64,000 nucleotides of DNA from NCBI GenBank assembly GCA_036172245.1, contig JAYWIR010000001.1:6138001-6202000 (forward strand). The letters are read 5' to 3'. Below the pieces are notes generated by a model. It did not search any database. It had not been told where the DNA came from and worked only from the letters and a program-made list of their open reading frames with translations. Below are positions 58,901-64,000 of the stretch, piece by piece (within the stretch, counting starts at the first letter, position 1; each line of letters begins with the position of its first letter). The DNA comes from Raillietiella orientalis (taxonomy: Eukaryota). The translations under genes and the position numbers were made by a program.

Positions 58901-61900
58901 TTTCCCGGTCACCTGATGACCGCCGACTGCTTCTCGTGGTCGAAATCATCGGGGAGGACGATCTGCGGCAAACGGAGGTGGCTGATGACCTTCACCCTTT
59001 CCATGACGGTGCTCAAGGGAGGGTAGCACATCTCGAAGAGCGTCACCCCCAAACTGTACATGTCTATTTTCTGGGGAGAAGGCAGCAGAGCTAGCGACGC
59101 GGCGCGGACGGGGATCCCGGCGGACCTGCGTGTATTCCAGCTCGTTCCTGACTTCGGGAGCGGAGTAGAGAGCCGTGCCCACTTGTCCGGTCAGGGTATC
59201 TTCCTCCGAATGCGATACGTCCATCAGCTTATCCAGCCTGAGCAGCAACTGCTCCTGGCTGAACCTGTTGCAGGTCATGGACCCGGTCGCCAAGCCAAAG
59301 TCTCCGATTTTCACGTGGTCGTCAAAGTCCAGGAAGATGTTGGCTGGCTTGAGATCCCTGTGGATCATCCCCTGCTGGTGTATGTGCGCCAGTCCGGACA
59401 CGATTTCGCGGAAGAGGCGGCACAGCCTGTCTCTCTGTTGGTGCAAGCCCCCGTCGATAGCAGTTCTAGGATGGGGATGTTTCCATCACAATGAGAAGGA
59501 CCACGTGTTACCATAAAGCATTTTGTGGATGAAATTCATCTTCCTATTCCTACATTTGGATGGCCGGAGAGCTTGTGCGCGCGATGTTTTTTTTTTTTTT
59601 TTTTTTTTTTTACCAGCGCCTTTTCGCCCGTAAACAACAACAACTTTTCGAATGGGATTTCGCTGCATGACGTCCCAAGGCACCTTTCGCGTTCGTAAAT
59701 GGGAAGAACGGACAACACGAGTGTCTGTTGTCCCCCTCCCCCCCGGTAACGTGAGAGACTCGAAAACGCGGCCGACAACTTGCGGTGGCAGGAAGAACAT
59801 AAACGAAGAAAGGATTTCTTCAACGCTGCGACACGCGCGGACGCTCTGCGGTGCACGCGAGCTTTTCGCCCAAATAATAATAAGAATGATAAGAATATTC
59901 TGAGAAGGTGACTACAACATTTGAGGGCGAGTTCAACAGGGTTCGACAAGCGCGACAGCAGTAGCGTGCTCCGAAAAAGTGGGAGGACACCCACGCCGCC
60001 AACCGGTTTCGCAGGGAAACGCGTTGCACGCGGGCGAATCGGTTCAGAGTGACCTCTTTGCTTGCACGAGTGGACCGTGCCGTTTCGCGCGAGGCACCCA
60101 CTCTACGAGAAGGGGATCCCCGAGGACCCAATACAGCAGAGAAGAACTTGCTCCGCAGTCGCGCCGGAAAAGGAAGGGGGAGGGGGGACATGTTTTCTTG
60201 CACTGAAACTGCCTGCAGCACAGAAACGCTCGTTGACGCGTTTGCACGAATGCCAGGCCGTGACCGGTTAACGGGACGAGTACCTCAGGGTGTTCTTTTC
60301 ACAGAATTCCATCTGTATGTACATGAACTGTATTTTCTTGCTTTTCTCTTCCTTGGATCTGGATGGATGGGAGGGCGCTTTTTCGTGGTCGTCGTTAGCG
60401 GGGTGGCGCTCACAAGACTCGCGGAATACGATGGAATCGGAAGAGTCGTTTTCGTTTCTGAAAGGCATCATAGGTACAAGGCGCAACGGCATCGGACATT
60501 ACTGATAGTATACTGTGCAGACATCTTCGTCTTCGCTGCTTTCAGATTCCTCCTCCTTGTCAGCGGTTTCCGAGCTCCATCCGAGGGCAGGACTTCTTCC
60601 GTCATGGATCCGTTCGCCCAGCTCCTAGAGCGCAGTTTCGAAAATTCCGACCCGTGCACGACGTCAAAAGGACGCGTCAGGAGAGAAGCGCCGGCGCACT
60701 TGCCGTCCGGCGCCATTGGGCAGCTGCAGCCGCGCGAGCAGGGTGCACCGCAGCACGTTCATGGCGCCACAGCAGCGTGGCACCGCCCCGTCCCGGAAGA
60801 GCAACCTTCCCGCTTACGTCATTTAGACATTCGTCTCCTCCGCGGCCGTCGGCTTGAAGCAGAGAGGAAACCGTGACGAATTCGATCCAAGAATTGTAGT
60901 AGCGAACGATGTTCTCGTGGTTCAAGCGGGAAAGCAGCTTCACTTCGCGCATCATCTTCTTGTTGAAAACCCTGTTGTCCGGGTTCAGAATGATCTTCTT
61001 CACGGCGTAGATGCAGCCGTCCAATCTGTTCTGCACCTGAAGAGCAAAAGTGACACACCGGTTTTGCAAGGCCGGCATGCGCTGCTCTCGTCGCCTCTTA
61101 CCTTGACGACATCCCCAAACGCTCCTCTCCCCAAGAACTTCAGGATTTGAAACTCGTTGCACAACCTCGTTTTCAGATTGGTCACGTCGGAATAATACGG
61201 GATGCACACGTCCTGTTCCCTTTCCGAGCTGATGTCCTGAGGCGTGCATGACTTCGCCACAACATCGAATCGAAAGCACGAATTTACCTCGAATTGCGAT
61301 CTGGAAGGGCGAGCTACTTGGGAACGCTTCAAGAAATTGTGGTTCAGAATCTGCTCGGCCTGCCATCTGTTTTTCTCGTCTTTGGTCAAGCAGCTGAAAT
61401 GCCCAGTCCACAGTGAACGGACTAAGAAAACGCCTGTTCCACAAGGGAAGCAACAGCAAAACCGCTGCCGCCTGAGCGCTGCAGCCCTTCAGCAGGTAGG
61501 CGACCGGGTTCTATCTCCCTGGAGACGGCATCCACACAAGGCAACGAGCACTGCAACCGCGACGAGGAAAGCAAACCGCAAAGACTCTTCCTCATGCATC
61601 TGCATCCCCCGAACTCACTCAGATGAATAAAGTCACCATTTCGAAAGCCGAGAACTATCTAGCACCTGTTCCTACGGCACCTTCCCTCCACCCTCCCTAT
61701 TCCTGTATGATCATGCACACCTCCTCCTTCCCAGTGTTTCCACTGAGAACGAATCTCTACCCTGGTATCCACTGTCCCTCCCACCATCGTAACCATCGTA
61801 ACTTCCTCGACCTCGTTCCTCGTACCGCGGGTTGCCCATGGCCGTTCGACTCTCCCCTTCCTTTTTTCCGACTTCCTCCCCCCCCTCTCCCCTCCCTACT

Positions 61901-63299
61901 CGACGGGGGCGCATCGCATAGCTCGGATGGGGCTGGATCCCAACGTGGCTCCTGACCCAGTCAATCGTGGGAGCCGTGATCACAGAAAGCATCTTTCCCC
62001 CACCTGACCCCGCTGCCTGCCAGGAAATGCTCTTTGCGAGCATTTTCCTGTGCTCTGCCACAGCAAAAGCTCGCCAAGAGACGATTCGGGGAACGCTGGT
62101 TTCAAGACTGGACGGTGACCGGGTTGCTGCCATGCCGGGCCTTCCTAGGGAAGTCCGTTGTTCGCCCCGTCCGTGACGGAACCTCAAATCGTCCATTCAA
62201 CTCTCCGAAGAAGTGAGGCAGCTGTTTTTGTTGGCATTCGACGGTTGCGCGGTTTCTCGGGCTGCAGTCACTCCTTTCGGGAGATGTTAGTGGCAGCTAC
62301 TGAGGCCCAGCTACGTGAGATGTGAGAGATCACACATCGACTTCGCTCACTCAAGGGTAATAACGTTCCGACGTTCTTTCCTTGGGTGCTGATCTCCGGA
62401 GAGCGCTTGCCGAGAACCTGATTTCACCTCCTCTCTATTCCGCCGAGTCGTCGGCAGATCACACTTCCAAAAAGCGACCGATGCACTCAAGACGCCGCCG
62501 GTGTCTCTTTCCGTGATGGGGAGTCAGCAAGACCCTCGTATGAACACCTTCCGACTCGAGGAAGAAAGCGACGCACACGTTTCGACATGAATTTCACCCA
62601 CGCAGCATCCGCAGAGCTGATGTACTGGAAATAGGCTGCGGGGTTTTGTCGGCCAACATCGATGTCACTTCGGCCGTGGCCTTTGACTTCAGAGAGTGCT
62701 TGCTCGATCGCTGATTCCTGTAACATAGGAATCCTTTCCGCTGTCTTGTTGTGCTCACCCGAGCCTGCTTGGGGCCGTACTGGAAAGCATCCCGCCCTAC
62801 TCGATCGACAATTCCAGAAAGGATGTCAGTTTGATTTATGCTTTCCTTGAACTCGGTTCCGGAATTCGGAAGGGAGTGACAGAGTCGGGGCAGCGGCAGG
62901 TCCCCGTTGCTCTCTCCAGAAATTGCGCGTGTTAAAAATTCACGCGACCCGATCACGAATTTCGCACTTGCGCCACAGCACGTGCGCAGACTTTGCCTTC
63001 ACACAAGCAGACGTAACCAACGCAAAGTGGGAGAGCAGGTGCACCACCACATCCATTCATTTCTTACCAGTTTAGAAAACTCTTCAGGTCTTCGGGGAAA
63101 GAAGAAGGTATTGCCGCTGAAATGCAATAGTCTGTGGACTCGAACAAAGACAGCATGACTAAACCAAATCGATAGATATCGTGCTTTTTGGCACTCTTGC
63201 CCAGGGCTGAATTATGGACAATATTCTTGTCTTCTCTTGCCGTATGATACACTTCGGAAAGGCGTTTCCCGATGCAGTAGTCAGCCACTTTTACGATAC
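53951..63299 (-). CDS. GCN2 (EIF2AK4): eIF2-alpha kinase GCN2 (5'-incomplete; RWD domain and start of pseudokinase are outside the window)
   Basis: Manual splice model, all GT-AG and phase-consistent: 63299-63068, 61393-61288, 61236-61102, 61036-60818, 60624-60503, 60457-60284, 59465-59126, 59070-58913, 58857-58686, 58632-58051, 57994-57764, 57644-57490, 57303-57063, 57020-56911, 55953-55758, 55632-55469, 54080-53951 (TGA). Motifs: pseudokinase [12 protein letters not shown] and HDIYRFGL; kinase [77 protein letters not shown]; HisRS-like [11 protein letters not shown] and SGGRYD; C-terminus RRRYEAQ and [11 protein letters not shown]. Domain order matches the known GCN2 architecture. Confidence 0.95.
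56911..58632 (-). CDS. GCN2: GCN2 exons: HisRS-like domain and anticodon-binding-like region
   Basis: [68 protein letters not shown] across five exons. Confidence 0.9.
58686..61393 (-). CDS. GCN2: GCN2 exons: end of pseudokinase and the catalytic kinase domain with acidic insert
   Basis: Eight exons carrying kinase subdomains I-XI, the eIF2-alpha-kinase motif YIQMEFC and the insert [11 protein letters not shown]. Confidence 0.93.
63068..63299 (-). CDS. GCN2: GCN2 exon, pseudokinase domain
   Basis: ttttcag|GT ATC GTA ... AAC TG|gtaag; [14 protein letters not shown]...[15 protein letters not shown]...PEDLKSFL. Confidence 0.9.
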
Positions 63300-64000
63300 C
63301 TGAAAATGACATCCACACCGTAATGACCCAGCAAATGCTCTCGCACCGTCAGGGCGATCGTCTCGCTCAGCAACAAGTGACAAACAGCGCACCGCTACAA
63401 AGGGTCTCCACTTTTTGGAAATCTCTGATCTGAGTTGGGTGCCAAGTAAATTTTGGCGTTTCGGAATCGACCCTCTGATGCATGGAGAGACCGAACCAAA
63501 GACGCAACAAACAAGGGCGGGTATGGAAATGAAAGGGACTCGGTACACACGAGCACGTCTGGCGCATCCGCCTGTTTGGTGGCAGCTGTGCTATTCTCGC
63601 ACGGAAACCGTTCCCGGTAACAACAACCCAACTTTTTTCAAAACCACATGGATTGGAAGCCACCGCCGATCGCACTAGCCTTCCCGTTTCCCTAGTGCTC
63701 CACTTAGCCCATCAGAAAGTACAGATATTTCTGGGCAAGAAGAATGCAGCAGGCCGTGCAGTACGAACCGATGTTTCAGCTTTTCGCTCAAGATCAGATT
63801 CATCACCCATACCCACCACCATGCAGTCTCATCACGTGCAACTGACAAAGACTTCGGTGTGAGCATTTCAAACGAGTTTGGAACGCATGAATTTTTAAAT
63901 GCAAACGAAATTCAAATCTCGTTCCCCCGCACTGCAGAAAGACCAGTCATCACAGGTCGTTTGCAAACAGCATTCAACAGCCTAGTAGGAATGAGGGAGT

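Noticed and set aside
61711..61850. Gly/Arg/Tyr-rich peptide ([17 protein letters not shown]) in a GCN2 intron
   Set aside because: Short, low complexity, and no convincing splice sites or continuation.

Overview
GC-rich (roughly 60-65% by eye) eukaryotic, probably invertebrate animal, genomic DNA with very short GT-AG introns (about 42-70 bp). Two host genes can be supported. The first is the 3' part of GCN2/EIF2AK4 on the minus strand (53951-63299; 17 phase-consistent exons: end of pseudokinase, kinase, HisRS-like domain, C-terminal domain; the 5' end lies beyond the window). The second is a 3-exon orphan type I membrane protein on the plus strand (37745-40236). Most of 6-52 kb is a graveyard of L1/Tx1-like non-LTR retrotransposon pieces, mostly 5'-truncated 3' ends carrying the C-terminal zf-RVT-like zinc finger, from at least two subfamilies. 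They end without a poly(A) tail, in a shared AATAAA + CCCGG-N5-CCGGG hairpin, and several are flanked by 12-17 bp target-site duplications (TSDs). At 25.8-30.2 kb an APE-endonuclease ORF is split by two insertions with perfect 15-bp TSDs; once these are removed, the endonuclease joins the C-terminal domain in frame with no reverse transcriptase. The window also holds three near-identical inverted repeat pairs, two MITE-like elements, AT-rich islands and microsatellites. No rRNA, tRNA or CRISPR feature is supportable. All family assignments come from motif recognition by eye, not database searches.
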